This document shows positions 17,516 through 26,588 of a DNA stretch of 64,000 bases, piece by piece. The first letter of the stretch is position 1. The number at the start of each line of letters is the position of its first letter. The notes beneath the pieces were generated by a model that saw only the letters and a list, made by a program, of their open reading frames with translations, did not search any database and had not been told where the DNA came from. The position numbers and the translations under genes were made by a program. This DNA comes from Eubacteriales bacterium (lineage in GTDB: Bacteria > Bacillota > Clostridia > Oscillospirales > JAAYXM01), in the NCBI GenBank assembly GCA_045539475.1, contig JAZQFJ010000091.1:28003-92002 (forward strand). Direction: 5' to 3'.

Positions 17516-19979
17516 GTTTGTACAGGACTTCATACCGGTCAGAAACATAAATTACGGCGTAATTGAAACTACTGATGGCAGGTATATAAAAATATTGGAA
17601 ATAGAACCAATCAACTTTATGCTTCGTTCAAGTGAAGAACAGTTTGGTATTATATCCTCATTTGCAAGCTGGCTCAAAATCTCACCTATGCGACTTCAAT
17701 TCAAGAGCATTACACGTAAGGCTGATTCCGACAAGCATGTTGCTATGGTAAGAAGAGAGCTTGAGGATGAGGAGAACGAACAGTGCAAGCACCTTGGTGA
17801 GGGGTATCTGAAGCTGATCAAAGACGTCGGAAGCCGAGAGGCACTGACCAGACGCTTTTTTCTTATATTTCAGTATGAGGATATGCACCGTACCGATAGT
17901 GATGATATCGGTAAAATCTACGGAGCACTTCAAACCGCCGAACATACTGCAAGAGCGTATTTTCTGCAGTGCGGTAATTCAATATTGCAGCCGAAGGATC
18001 CCGATGAGGCAACAGCGGAAATCCTGTATATGTTCTTCAACAGGCGTTCCTGCGTAGATGAGCCGTTTTCATCCAGAGTAAACCGTGTTGTTGTCGATAC
18101 GATGGCAGCTAAGAACAAAATAATCGGCATAGATCCCGTCCCTCACATAAAAATGGTAAACTTTATCGCACCGAGAGGCATTTGCCTTAAACACAGCAAT
18201 TACATCGTTATGGATGGGCTTTATTACTCATTTCTCTTTATCAAGGGAGACGGGTACCCAAACGCAGTCCGGGCAGGATGGATGTCATCGCTTATAAATG
18301 CAGGCGAAGGCATTGATGTTGATGTTCATCTGCGTCGTGAAAACCGAAGCAAAACCATAGATAAGGTTGCACAACGCATCAGGCTCAACCGCACAAAGCT
18401 TCGCAGTATGCAGGATACAAGCACTGATTATGAGGAACTTACAAACTCAATCCAGTCCGGATATTTTATAAAAAACGGAATTGCCAACAACAACGAGGAC
18501 TTGTTTTATATGTCTGTGTTCATTACAATCTCCGCTAAGAGCTATGATGAACTGATGTGGCGCAAGCAGCAAATGACCGATATGCTCAAATCAATGGATA
18601 TGTATACCAGTGATTGCAGGTTCAAGCAGGAAGCTGCGCTAAAATCCGTTATGCCATTTTTAAGTATTGTTCCATTCCTTGAAAAGAAATCTCAGCGGAA
18701 TGTGTTGACGAGCGGTGCGGCATCCACATATATGTTCACAAGTTTTGAGATGTCCGATGATACAGGAGTTCTGCTCGGTGTCAACCGTCATAACAATTCG
18801 TTGTGTATTGTGGACCTGTTCAATACCAAGAAAAACAAGAACGCAAACCTTAACCTGCTCGGAACAAGTGGCGCAGGCAAGACCTTTACGATGCAGCTCC
18901 TTGCTCTTCGCATGAGGATGCGCGGCATTCAGTGCTATATTCTGGCACCGATCAAGGGACATGAGTTTCGGCGCGCCTGTAACCATATAGGAGGTCAGTA
19001 TGTCAAGATTTCTCCCGGTTCGCCGCATTGCATCAATGTTATGGAGATACGGCATACGCTAACACCTGAAATGGAGCTTATTGACGAGCTTGACTACAGT
19101 GAGCCGACATCAATGCTTGCTCAGAAGGTTCAGCAGCTTATGATTTTCTTCTCGCTTCTCATCCCGGATATGTCCAATGAAGAAGAACAGCTTCTTGACG
19201 AGGCGCTTATAAGAACTTATGCTGATTTCGGAATAACACACGACAACGACTCGCTGTATATTGACAAGGACGCAAACCCTCCGGTAATGAAAAAGATGCC
19301 TATACTCGGTGATCTGCACAGAAACTTACTCGGCAACAAAATGACCGAGCGAGTTGCGGTAATAGTCAGCCGCTTCGTTACAGGCTCGGCACAGTCCTTT
19401 AACCAGCAGACCAACGTGGACCTTACGAACAAATATATTGTACTCGACTTATCCGAGCTGAAGGGTAAGCTTCTGCCTGTTGGAATGATGATAGCCCTTG
19501 ATTATATCTGGGATAATATCAAGGCTGACATCACGAAGAAAAAAGCTATCCTGATCGATGAAATCTGGCAGCTCATAGGCGTTGCGTCCAATAAGAATGC
19601 GGCGGAGTTTTGTTTGACTATATTCAAGACGATACGAGGCTTCGGCGGTGCGGCTATTTCTGCAACACAGGACCTTTCTGATTTCTTTAGTCTTGAGGAC
19701 GGTAAGTATGGCAGAGCTATTATAAATAACTCCAAGAACAAAATAATCCTGAACCTTGAGCCTGATGAAGCCCGGTATGTTCAGGATGTACTGAAGCTTA
19801 CCAAAACAGAAATCCGATCCATTACCCGTTTTGAACGCGGTGAGGCTCTTGTGTATTCCAATAATAACAAAGTTCCCGTCGTTATAAAAGCCTCCAAGGA
19901 GGAACAGGAAATGATTACAACTGACCGTGCTGAGTTGGAAGCGATACTGAAAGAGCGAAGAAAAAACAAAAGCGTATAA
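17448..19979 (+). CDS. VirB4-family T4SS ATPase
   Basis: Walker A LGTSGAGKTF and Walker B AILIDEIW. N-terminus FIPVRNINYGVIETTDGRYIKILEIEPINF is typical of Firmicutes VirB4 homologues. ATG 17448 is preferred over the tracked 17355. Confidence 0.9.
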   Translation: MSKANSKKERKPTKSRKKPEKLEFVQDFIPVRNINYGVIETTDGRYIKILEIEPINFMLRSSEEQFGIISSFASWLKISPMRLQFKSITRKADSDKHVAMVRRELEDEENEQCKHLGEGYLKLIKDVGSREALTRRFFLIFQYEDMHRTDSDDIGKIYGALQTAEHTARAYFLQCGNSILQPKDPDEATAEILYMFFNRRSCVDEPFSSRVNRVVVDTMAAKNKIIGIDPVPHIKMVNFIAPRGICLKHSNYIVMDGLYYSFLFIKGDGYPNAVRAGWMSSLINAGEGIDVDVHLRRENRSKTIDKVAQRIRLNRTKLRSMQDTSTDYEELTNSIQSGYFIKNGIANNNEDLFYMSVFITISAKSYDELMWRKQQMTDMLKSMDMYTSDCRFKQEAALKSVMPFLSIVPFLEKKSQRNVLTSGAASTYMFTSFEMSDDTGVLLGVNRHNNSLCIVDLFNTKKNKNANLNLLGTSGAGKTFTMQLLALRMRMRGIQCYILAPIKGHEFRRACNHIGGQYVKISPGSPHCINVMEIRHTLTPEMELIDELDYSEPTSMLAQKVQQLMIFFSLLIPDMSNEEEQLLDEALIRTYADFGITHDNDSLYIDKDANPPVMKKMPILGDLHRNLLGNKMTERVAVIVSRFVTGSAQSFNQQTNVDLTNKYIVLDLSELKGKLLPVGMMIALDYIWDNIKADITKKKAILIDEIWQLIGVASNKNAAEFCLTIFKTIRGFGGAAISATQDLSDFFSLEDGKYGRAIINNSKNKIILNLEPDEARYVQDVLKLTKTEIRSITRFERGEALVYSNNNKVPVVIKASKEEQEMITTDRAELEAILKERRKNKSV

Positions 19980-20028
19980 TGCGCAAAATACGCATTCCAT
20001 CCATTTTACGCATAAGGAGGTGAAAAAA

Positions 20029-20589
20029 GTGTTGCTTGATGATGAAAAATATGTGATTAAGTGGCTATCTCAGTATGGAGCATTACCGACAACACAGATT
20101 GCAAAAATGCTCCGAAAGAAGCCCGATGTTGCGATGAAGATTATAAAGAATCTGAAACGATTCCATCAGGCGAGCGATGTAAAAGGCGGTTATTATCTGG
20201 GAATTGATCCTATGAGCCAGCCCGATCAGAGAATAATACTTGCTGTGTGGGTGCTTCTCAAATTCATAGACCAGGTCGATCCTATGGCTCACTACCCGGC
20301 AGTGTATCCTTCGCAGATATTTTTCTTGAAGGACAACATCGGGTACGAGATTGTAACGCTGTATGAGGGAGAGGAGCATTTGCTGAAGCTTTTGCAGCCT
20401 GATGAAGATTTGAAATACATTATCATCATCCCTCATATCTCTATGGCGGCAAGGCTTAAACTACCAAAAGCCCCTTGCTTATTTGCAACAGTTGATTTTA
20501 ACGGCAAGGATGAGCCGGATGTTACATTCTACACGGAAGGAGATATTGCGGATGAAACAAAAGAATTCATTTCAAAAAGTGCTGGATAA
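20029..20589 (+). CDS. hypothetical protein (wHTH-like N-terminus) within the T4SS operon
   Basis: GTG 20029 lies ~10 nt after AAGGAGG (the track uses GTG 20020). LSQYGALPTTQIAKML is HTH-like. Confidence 0.45.
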   Translation: MLLDDEKYVIKWLSQYGALPTTQIAKMLRKKPDVAMKIIKNLKRFHQASDVKGGYYLGIDPMSQPDQRIILAVWVLLKFIDQVDPMAHYPAVYPSQIFFLKDNIGYEIVTLYEGEEHLLKLLQPDEDLKYIIIIPHISMAARLKLPKAPCLFATVDFNGKDEPDVTFYTEGDIADETKEFISKSAG

Positions 20590-21256
20590 AGCAGAGAATA
20601 GAATACAGTTAATGAGCGAACAGGCAAAATCTGTTCGCTTTTTATATAACAGCGGACTAATCGATGAAGCCTATGAGAAAGCAATGCAATTGGAGGAAAG
20701 CTCCGAGAAATTAGTTTTACTCACACGTGCACTTCCTGCATACACAGGAAAACCCCAGGCAAGCATGGAAATCAGCAACGTAATCCGAAGCTGCATCCAC
20801 GTTGAAATCGGATTCACTTCTGAAGGCTGGTTTTCGGTTCGCATACCAACCCTTCTCCCCAAGAAAAGCACGGGCTCTGCCGATTATGTCCGCTCGTTCC
20901 TGTATCCGGCTATGAACGATTTTTTCAAAACAGCGCCGCCCGTTCGTTACACCGACTGTGATTTGATTTACAGGCATGTATATGATGAAGCGAGAAACGA
21001 GCGGCAGCGGCGGGATCACGATAATATAGAAATCAACATGGTATCGGATATCATTGCACTGTATGTAATGCCCGATGACGGACCGAGTATATGTTCGCAT
21101 TACTATTGCAGTGCAAAAGGAAAAGACGAGCGCACGGAAATTTATGTAGTACCCAAAAAAGACTTTTCAGTGTGGTTAGCCTTAGAAAAAACAATGCCGG
21201 ATTCGGGGGTGAAGCTTTATGAAACGCCGTTCCTTTCACGAAAAAAACAGATGTAA
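20552..21256 (+). CDS. hypothetical protein
   Basis: ATG 20552 follows GGAG. The ORF continues to 21256 and overlaps the previous gene by 38 nt. Confidence 0.45.
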   Translation: MKQKNSFQKVLDKAENRIQLMSEQAKSVRFLYNSGLIDEAYEKAMQLEESSEKLVLLTRALPAYTGKPQASMEISNVIRSCIHVEIGFTSEGWFSVRIPTLLPKKSTGSADYVRSFLYPAMNDFFKTAPPVRYTDCDLIYRHVYDEARNERQRRDHDNIEINMVSDIIALYVMPDDGPSICSHYYCSAKGKDERTEIYVVPKKDFSVWLALEKTMPDSGVKLYETPFLSRKKQM

Positions 21257-21306
21257 AAATCGCGGAATTTACGGCAAGAAAAATTACACACGTTTAGGAA
21301 AACAGC

Positions 21307-21384
21307 AAAACCGCAGAAAATCAGCGGTTTGGGGTCGATATTCTACTCGGAATTGCGCCAAAGAGAGCAGTCATAATGGCGCAA
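21307..21384 (+). other. two inverted repeats in a 156-bp intergenic gap (candidate oriT or operator)
   Basis: AAAACCGC/GCGGTTT (21307-21330) and TTGCGCCA/TGGCGCAA (21353-21384). Confidence 0.3.
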
Positions 21385-21412
21385 AATTCTTACAGAGCGA
21401 CGGTGAGCAACT

Positions 21413-22546
21413 GTGATACACATTCGCCCGGGCAGTCAGGCGGGCAGTCTGCTCTCCATTCTCTCCGTGGTCGGTGAGTACCCGTATTCATCACTTCGAT
21501 TATTGGGAAATGAGCGTTGCTTTCGTATGACGGTCCATAAGCTTTCTGAGAAACAAGTCTTATACAACTCTGAGTCTGGTGAGCGGCTTACCTGCCGAGC
21601 TCTCAGTATATCCGGGAAAGGTTCCGGGAAAACGATCAGGCTGATGCGACCTGCTCTCTCTATACTGGAATGGATTTCACCTGAAGCTCTCCCTTCATAT
21701 CTGAGCACTTTCCGAAATCACAGGTTTTCGGGAGACGTGTCGCATATCCTGCGAAATCATCGGATTGCAGAAGCGATAGTAATGTGTATGCGAACGGGAA
21801 TGGAGTACCGTCCGTATATGCTGCCCAAGCTTCAGAACAGGGAGATTTTCTCTGTCATACCGAGCCGGACTGTATTTTATCCATCCAGGTGCCTGAAGTA
21901 TATTGGTCAGCTTGAGATGAATAAAACAATGTTCACACGAATTGTCGGTGCTGTATTTTCGCATCGGAAATGCTTTGCAGTGTACAACACCCGCAACTCT
22001 GTTATGAAGTGGTCAGGTATGGGAGAGTTCAAGGCATTGCACAGTTTAATCGAAACCGCCAGATGGAATGCCGGCATTATTGATATTGATTCAGCGATTC
22101 TTTTCGGTCAGTCTGACAAAGTGTTGTTGGATACACTGGAGGACAATGAGGCGAGCAAACGACTTGAGTTTCGGTTTGACAGAATTTATCATCATATACA
22201 CTTTGTGCCGCTCAATGATTACGGCATCAGGTTATTGAAGATTATATGCATCGAGGATGTCAGTAAAAAACTTCTTGATACTCTGTTTGAGTCTGACAGT
22301 TTATCTTGCGGTCTCGGTTCTTTCGAGTATGATGCTTTCTTTGATAATAAATATATATTATCGCACTTGGATGGCGATATCGCGAGGCTCATTCGATTTA
22401 AAGAAGCTGTTTCCGCAAATCGGTATGACAGTGAAGTGATATGCTTCGAGTTCCAGGCGGATTATGTAAACGAGTTTCTTTCAGGACTTGCAAATGTCAA
22501 GGTTATTCAAATGAGTCTGGTGGAAGAAGAACTTGGACTTATGTAA
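21413..22546 (+). CDS. hypothetical protein with wHTH-like N-terminus (possible relaxation/accessory protein)
   Basis: 377-aa ORF with a GTG start, located directly upstream of the coupling protein. No HUH or relaxase motif recognised. Confidence 0.5.
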   Translation: MIHIRPGSQAGSLLSILSVVGEYPYSSLRLLGNERCFRMTVHKLSEKQVLYNSESGERLTCRALSISGKGSGKTIRLMRPALSILEWISPEALPSYLSTFRNHRFSGDVSHILRNHRIAEAIVMCMRTGMEYRPYMLPKLQNREIFSVIPSRTVFYPSRCLKYIGQLEMNKTMFTRIVGAVFSHRKCFAVYNTRNSVMKWSGMGEFKALHSLIETARWNAGIIDIDSAILFGQSDKVLLDTLEDNEASKRLEFRFDRIYHHIHFVPLNDYGIRLLKIICIEDVSKKLLDTLFESDSLSCGLGSFEYDAFFDNKYILSHLDGDIARLIRFKEAVSANRYDSEVICFEFQADYVNEFLSGLANVKVIQMSLVEEELGLM

Positions 22547-22561
22547 GGAGGTGAATTCATC

Positions 22562-24469
22562 ATGGACCGTAAGAAAAGAGCACTGGGAATTGCAATTATT
22601 GTCATACTGGGATTTGCAGCGCTGATGTACTTGTCGGGGCTACTGGGACAATTGCTGGCTAACTATTCCCTCTGGCTGGAATCGGGTGGAATTTCGGGCG
22701 ATACTCCGATGCCCGCATTGAGCTGGAATTTAATAAGATGCTTCCGGCAGTCATTTACTTCTGACGGGTTAAAAGCGATGCTTATAATTCTTGCTGTGGG
22801 TGGTGGCATCTTTGCATATATCAAGCTTCATGATAAGTTTGACGGCAAGGAGTATGATCCGAGAGGATTTGCAAAGAGCAAGACAGGTGCTTATGGTACT
22901 GCATCTTGGATGACAGAAAATGAGATGAAGGATGTTCTTGAAATAGCTACCCCTGGAAAAGCTGAAGGTATTATACTCGGTGAATACAATGGAAATGTGG
23001 TTTGCCTACCAAAGAACACCAAACTGAACCGACACATTGCCATATTCGGTGCATCGGGAACTATGAAGTCGCGCGCCATCATCCGGAACGCATTGTTCCA
23101 AGCAATAAAACGAAGTGAGTCTGTAGTAATCACCGATCCAAAAGGCGAGCTTTATTCGGATACCGCTGAGCTGTTCCGAAGTGAGGGTTACGAAGTAAAG
23201 GTATTCAATCTCGTGCATCCTGAGCATAGTGATTCGTGGAACTGTATGTCAGACTTACAGGGAGATACGCTACTTGCACAAGACTTGACCAATGTCATAA
23301 TTGGGAACACCAGCAGCGGGAAGGGCGACCATTTCTGGGATAACGGCGAAGCTAATCTGTTGAAAGCGCTTGTTTTGTATGTGGACTTTGATCCAAGCAG
23401 AACACCCGAGATGAAAAACCTACCTGCAGTGTATCAGCTTTTGACTCAGTATAGTGAGCGACAGCTTACAGCAATGTTTGAAAAGCTTCCGATGGATCAT
23501 CCGGCACGTGCACCGTATAACTTGTTTGCTCAAGCCAGTGATACTGTGCGTTCGGGAATTATAATCGGACTCGGAACCAGATTGCAGGTACTGCAGAATA
23601 AATCCGTAGCAGCAATCACAAGTCGGTCTGACATAGACCTTACTGCACCGGGTAAACGCAAATGCGCGTATTTTATAATCCTCAGCGACCAGAACACCAC
23701 GATGGCGTTTCTGTCATCTCTGTTCTTTTCATTCCTTTTTACCAAACTGACTCGGTACGCCGACTCCACTTCCGAACAGCGCTGTGACGTGCCCGTTAAT
23801 ATGATACTCGATGAGTTTAATAACATAGGCAAAATCGGAAGTGCGGCAGACGGATCTGACTTTGCAAGAACACTCAGTGTTATTCGTTCAAGGGATATAA
23901 AGGTTATGATGGCTGTACAGAGTCTGGGACAGTTGCAGAACAGGTATCCGAACAACCTTTGGCTTGAGATACTCGGCAATGCGGACTTGCAACTTATGCT
24001 CGGTTGCTCGGATAGCGAAACAGCCAGCTTTTATTCTGAGCGTGCAGGAGAAATGAGCATTCAGATTGATACTACCATGACAGTGCGGCAAACTATGGCA
24101 GTTGCGCAGGTAATACCGCAATATCGTCATACTGAAGGGCAAGGTCGAAGAAAACTTCTTACTCCTGATGAAGTTCTTCGGCTTCCGAACGAAGAACTCC
24201 TGTGTGTTATAAGAGGACAGAATGTACTGAAGCTTGATAAGTTCGATTTTACCAAGCATCCGATGAGCAAAATGATTAAACGCGTTTCCATCATGGACTA
24301 CAACCCGTCGGCGCTTCCTCATACTGATTTCTATAATCCAGTAAATTTGGATACCCAGAGTCCGGCCGAAATGATTCTTCCGGAAAAAAACGAAGAAAAA
24401 CAGCCTGACTCCAAACCGAGTTCAAGGAGAAAACTCTACAGCTCAGCAACCCCGCCAATTGAATTTTAA
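22562..24469 (+). CDS. VirD4/TraG-family type IV coupling protein
   Basis: Two N-terminal TM segments, Walker A IFGASGTMKS, Walker B MILDEFNNIGKI; length 635 aa. Confidence 0.9.
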   Translation: MDRKKRALGIAIIVILGFAALMYLSGLLGQLLANYSLWLESGGISGDTPMPALSWNLIRCFRQSFTSDGLKAMLIILAVGGGIFAYIKLHDKFDGKEYDPRGFAKSKTGAYGTASWMTENEMKDVLEIATPGKAEGIILGEYNGNVVCLPKNTKLNRHIAIFGASGTMKSRAIIRNALFQAIKRSESVVITDPKGELYSDTAELFRSEGYEVKVFNLVHPEHSDSWNCMSDLQGDTLLAQDLTNVIIGNTSSGKGDHFWDNGEANLLKALVLYVDFDPSRTPEMKNLPAVYQLLTQYSERQLTAMFEKLPMDHPARAPYNLFAQASDTVRSGIIIGLGTRLQVLQNKSVAAITSRSDIDLTAPGKRKCAYFIILSDQNTTMAFLSSLFFSFLFTKLTRYADSTSEQRCDVPVNMILDEFNNIGKIGSAADGSDFARTLSVIRSRDIKVMMAVQSLGQLQNRYPNNLWLEILGNADLQLMLGCSDSETASFYSERAGEMSIQIDTTMTVRQTMAVAQVIPQYRHTEGQGRRKLLTPDEVLRLPNEELLCVIRGQNVLKLDKFDFTKHPMSKMIKRVSIMDYNPSALPHTDFYNPVNLDTQSPAEMILPEKNEEKQPDSKPSSRRKLYSSATPPIEF

Positions 24470-24489
24470 TTTATAAGGAGGTATGAATT

Positions 24490-25920
24490 ATGCCAGCTAA
24501 GAAACCTACAGTTACTCCTGAAGAAGTGACAACTCCTCAACTTGAGGGAGAAAATGAAGCTAATTTAATAGACCGTAGTCAGAATTCCGAAGTGGCAACA
24601 TCGTTACCCCAGACCGAAACTGAAATCGTATCTGATGAAGCCACCATCATGAATGCGCTTAACTCCAATAATGAGACTGTATCTGAAGACGTGCCCATTG
24701 TCCAGACCGAACCAAACGAAGAAAACCCTTCAGCCGCCGGCTTTGAAGACGCCATGAATTCAGGAGAAAACAATGCATCTCCTCAGACTGATGCAGAAAC
24801 TCTGGAAAATCTCGCTCCAGAGCCCCCTGCTGCCGAAGAGGCGACAGAAACTCACGATGAGAACCAGACCGAACCTGAAAAGCCAAAGCGAACCCGAAGG
24901 CGGAAAGCGGATCCTGAAGATTCACAAAATCAGTCTGATACAGCGCCTGGTTCTGATAAGAATGCCAACCCGGACGGTGTCGAGATTGCTGATAAGCCTA
25001 AGCTTAGAATCAGTCTGCCAAAGCGCTCGGATATTTTATCAATTGATGACGAGCTGGGTGTCGTCACCGATGCAGATAAAGCAAAGACGGAGCTGCTCGA
25101 CCTGCTCGAATCCTACCGCGGCAAAAAACATCTGTCCGGGAAAATTCAGGGCATTGAAAATCCGACCGGGGAGCCTTCAAAATCCCTTGCAGTCCTTGCT
25201 TACGGTGAGTATAAGGTTATCATTCCTCTGCACGAAGCTGTTGAACCGCCGGATGATTTGAAAGGTCAGCCGCTTGATTATGCACTTAATTATATGCTGA
25301 ACAAACGGCTTGGCGCGGAAGTGGATTATATTGTAAAGGGTATTGATGCAAAAACAAAGATTGTAGTGGGCAGCCGTGTGGAAGCGATGCGGAATAAGCG
25401 CAAGAGCTATTACTTTGGCACAGACCGGGATGGGAACTACCTGCTTTATTCCGATATATGTGCTGAAGTCAGGGTTGTATCCGTAGTACGTTCGGGAATA
25501 TTCGTTGATCTGTTCGGACTTGAGGTGTTCATCCCGTTGCGGGAACTCAGTTATCAGCGGTTAATGGATGCAGAAGGATATTTTGCACCCGGACAAAGAG
25601 CACTCGTGAAAATCCTTGAGATCGACAGGTCAGACCGAAAACATATCCGCGTTAAAGCCTCAGTAAAGCAGGCGGGCGAGAACCCGTATGAAAAGGCACT
25701 ACGTAAGTACACTATAGGGAACCGATATGTCGGTACGGTCAGTCTGGTGGATGTGAACGGGGTATTCGTTTCCCTTGACGGTGGCATTGATTGTTTGTGT
25801 AATTACCCAAAGCGCGGCCGCCCGCCAAAGGGTGCAAGAGTTACCATAAGAGTTCTGGGCATCAACTATAACACCAATCGTATGTGGGGTGCAATCACGC
25901 ACATTGCAGCGGCAAGATAG
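24490..25920 (+). CDS. S1 RNA-binding-domain protein with an acidic disordered N-terminus
   Basis: S1-like OB segments, e.g. ICAEVRVVSVVRSGIFVDLFGLEVFIPLRELS and GNRYVGTVSLVDVNGVFVSLDGGIDCLC. The N-terminal ~170 aa are rich in E/P/T/N/D. Confidence 0.7.
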   Translation: MPAKKPTVTPEEVTTPQLEGENEANLIDRSQNSEVATSLPQTETEIVSDEATIMNALNSNNETVSEDVPIVQTEPNEENPSAAGFEDAMNSGENNASPQTDAETLENLAPEPPAAEEATETHDENQTEPEKPKRTRRRKADPEDSQNQSDTAPGSDKNANPDGVEIADKPKLRISLPKRSDILSIDDELGVVTDADKAKTELLDLLESYRGKKHLSGKIQGIENPTGEPSKSLAVLAYGEYKVIIPLHEAVEPPDDLKGQPLDYALNYMLNKRLGAEVDYIVKGIDAKTKIVVGSRVEAMRNKRKSYYFGTDRDGNYLLYSDICAEVRVVSVVRSGIFVDLFGLEVFIPLRELSYQRLMDAEGYFAPGQRALVKILEIDRSDRKHIRVKASVKQAGENPYEKALRKYTIGNRYVGTVSLVDVNGVFVSLDGGIDCLCNYPKRGRPPKGARVTIRVLGINYNTNRMWGAITHIAAAR

Positions 25921-25959
25921 CGATGTATAAAATGAGTATGACGAGAGGAGGTGTTACAT

Positions 25960-26373
25960 ATGTCAGGTTTTAATCTCAACGCAGAGGAAAAGCAGCGACG
26001 TAAGGAGATATCCGAGCACACCAGAAAAATGATTCTGTCCATACTGGAAATTGAGGAGCAGGATGAAACCTCCGTGATGACCGGATACCGTGGCTATTAC
26101 TTGCAGATTTCCTTTTCTGAGTTACATCCGCTGATGGTATTCTGCCTTGCCCGCCCCCTGAAGAATACAGGTGAAACGAGACAATTAAGGTTTATAAATG
26201 ACTTAAACCTCAAAAGCATTCTGGGCAGTCATTCCATCAACAAAGACGTTGGCTGCTATTCCTACCGCGTAGCACATTGGCTGGATAAAGAGCTTGAGCC
26301 AACCAGATTCTATGAAATCCTTGACCGCTGTGTCGATGAAGCTGATAAGAGCTATAGTCGTCTGGCGGTCTGA
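25960..26373 (+). CDS. hypothetical protein (possibly YbjN-like)
   Basis: ATG 25960 lies 8 nt after GAGGAGG. The family guess is weak. Confidence 0.4.
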   Translation: MSGFNLNAEEKQRRKEISEHTRKMILSILEIEEQDETSVMTGYRGYYLQISFSELHPLMVFCLARPLKNTGETRQLRFINDLNLKSILGSHSINKDVGCYSYRVAHWLDKELEPTRFYEILDRCVDEADKSYSRLAV

Positions 26374-26402
26374 TTTTATATAAAAATAAAAGGAGCGATA
26401 TT

Positions 26403-26588
26403 ATGAAAAGAGATGTCTCTGGGCAGAAATGTCCCTCGTGTGAAACGGGAAGGCAAATGCTTTTTCTTGATCCGCGAGAGCTTTTCTGCCCGTATATTAG
26501 TAATCACAGAGGACATTCATGCGCAATGTATGTCCCGATACAAGCCAATTCAATTTCTGAAATTTACAAGGAGGAATTTGTCAAATGA
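26403..26588 (+). CDS. small Cys-rich (zinc-ribbon-like) protein
   Basis: 61 aa with CPSC...C..., RBS AAAGGAG upstream, and a stop that overlaps the start of the giant gene (ATGA). Confidence 0.45.
   Translation: MKRDVSGQKCPSCETGRQMLFLDPRELFCPYISNHRGHSCAMYVPIQANSISEIYKEEFVK

Noticed and set aside
20900-21080. The RRDHDNIEINMVSDIIALYVMPDDGP segment of the 20552..21256 product resembles the RusA resolvase D-x-D-N...D motif.
   Set aside because: A single short motif in a protein of the wrong size and context. This is not enough to call a Holliday-junction resolvase without a profile search.
21219-21416. 65-aa highly basic ORF covering the candidate oriT gap.
   Set aside because: It starts inside the previous gene, has no RBS, and its Arg/Lys/Asn-rich composition looks like translation of A-rich intergenic DNA.
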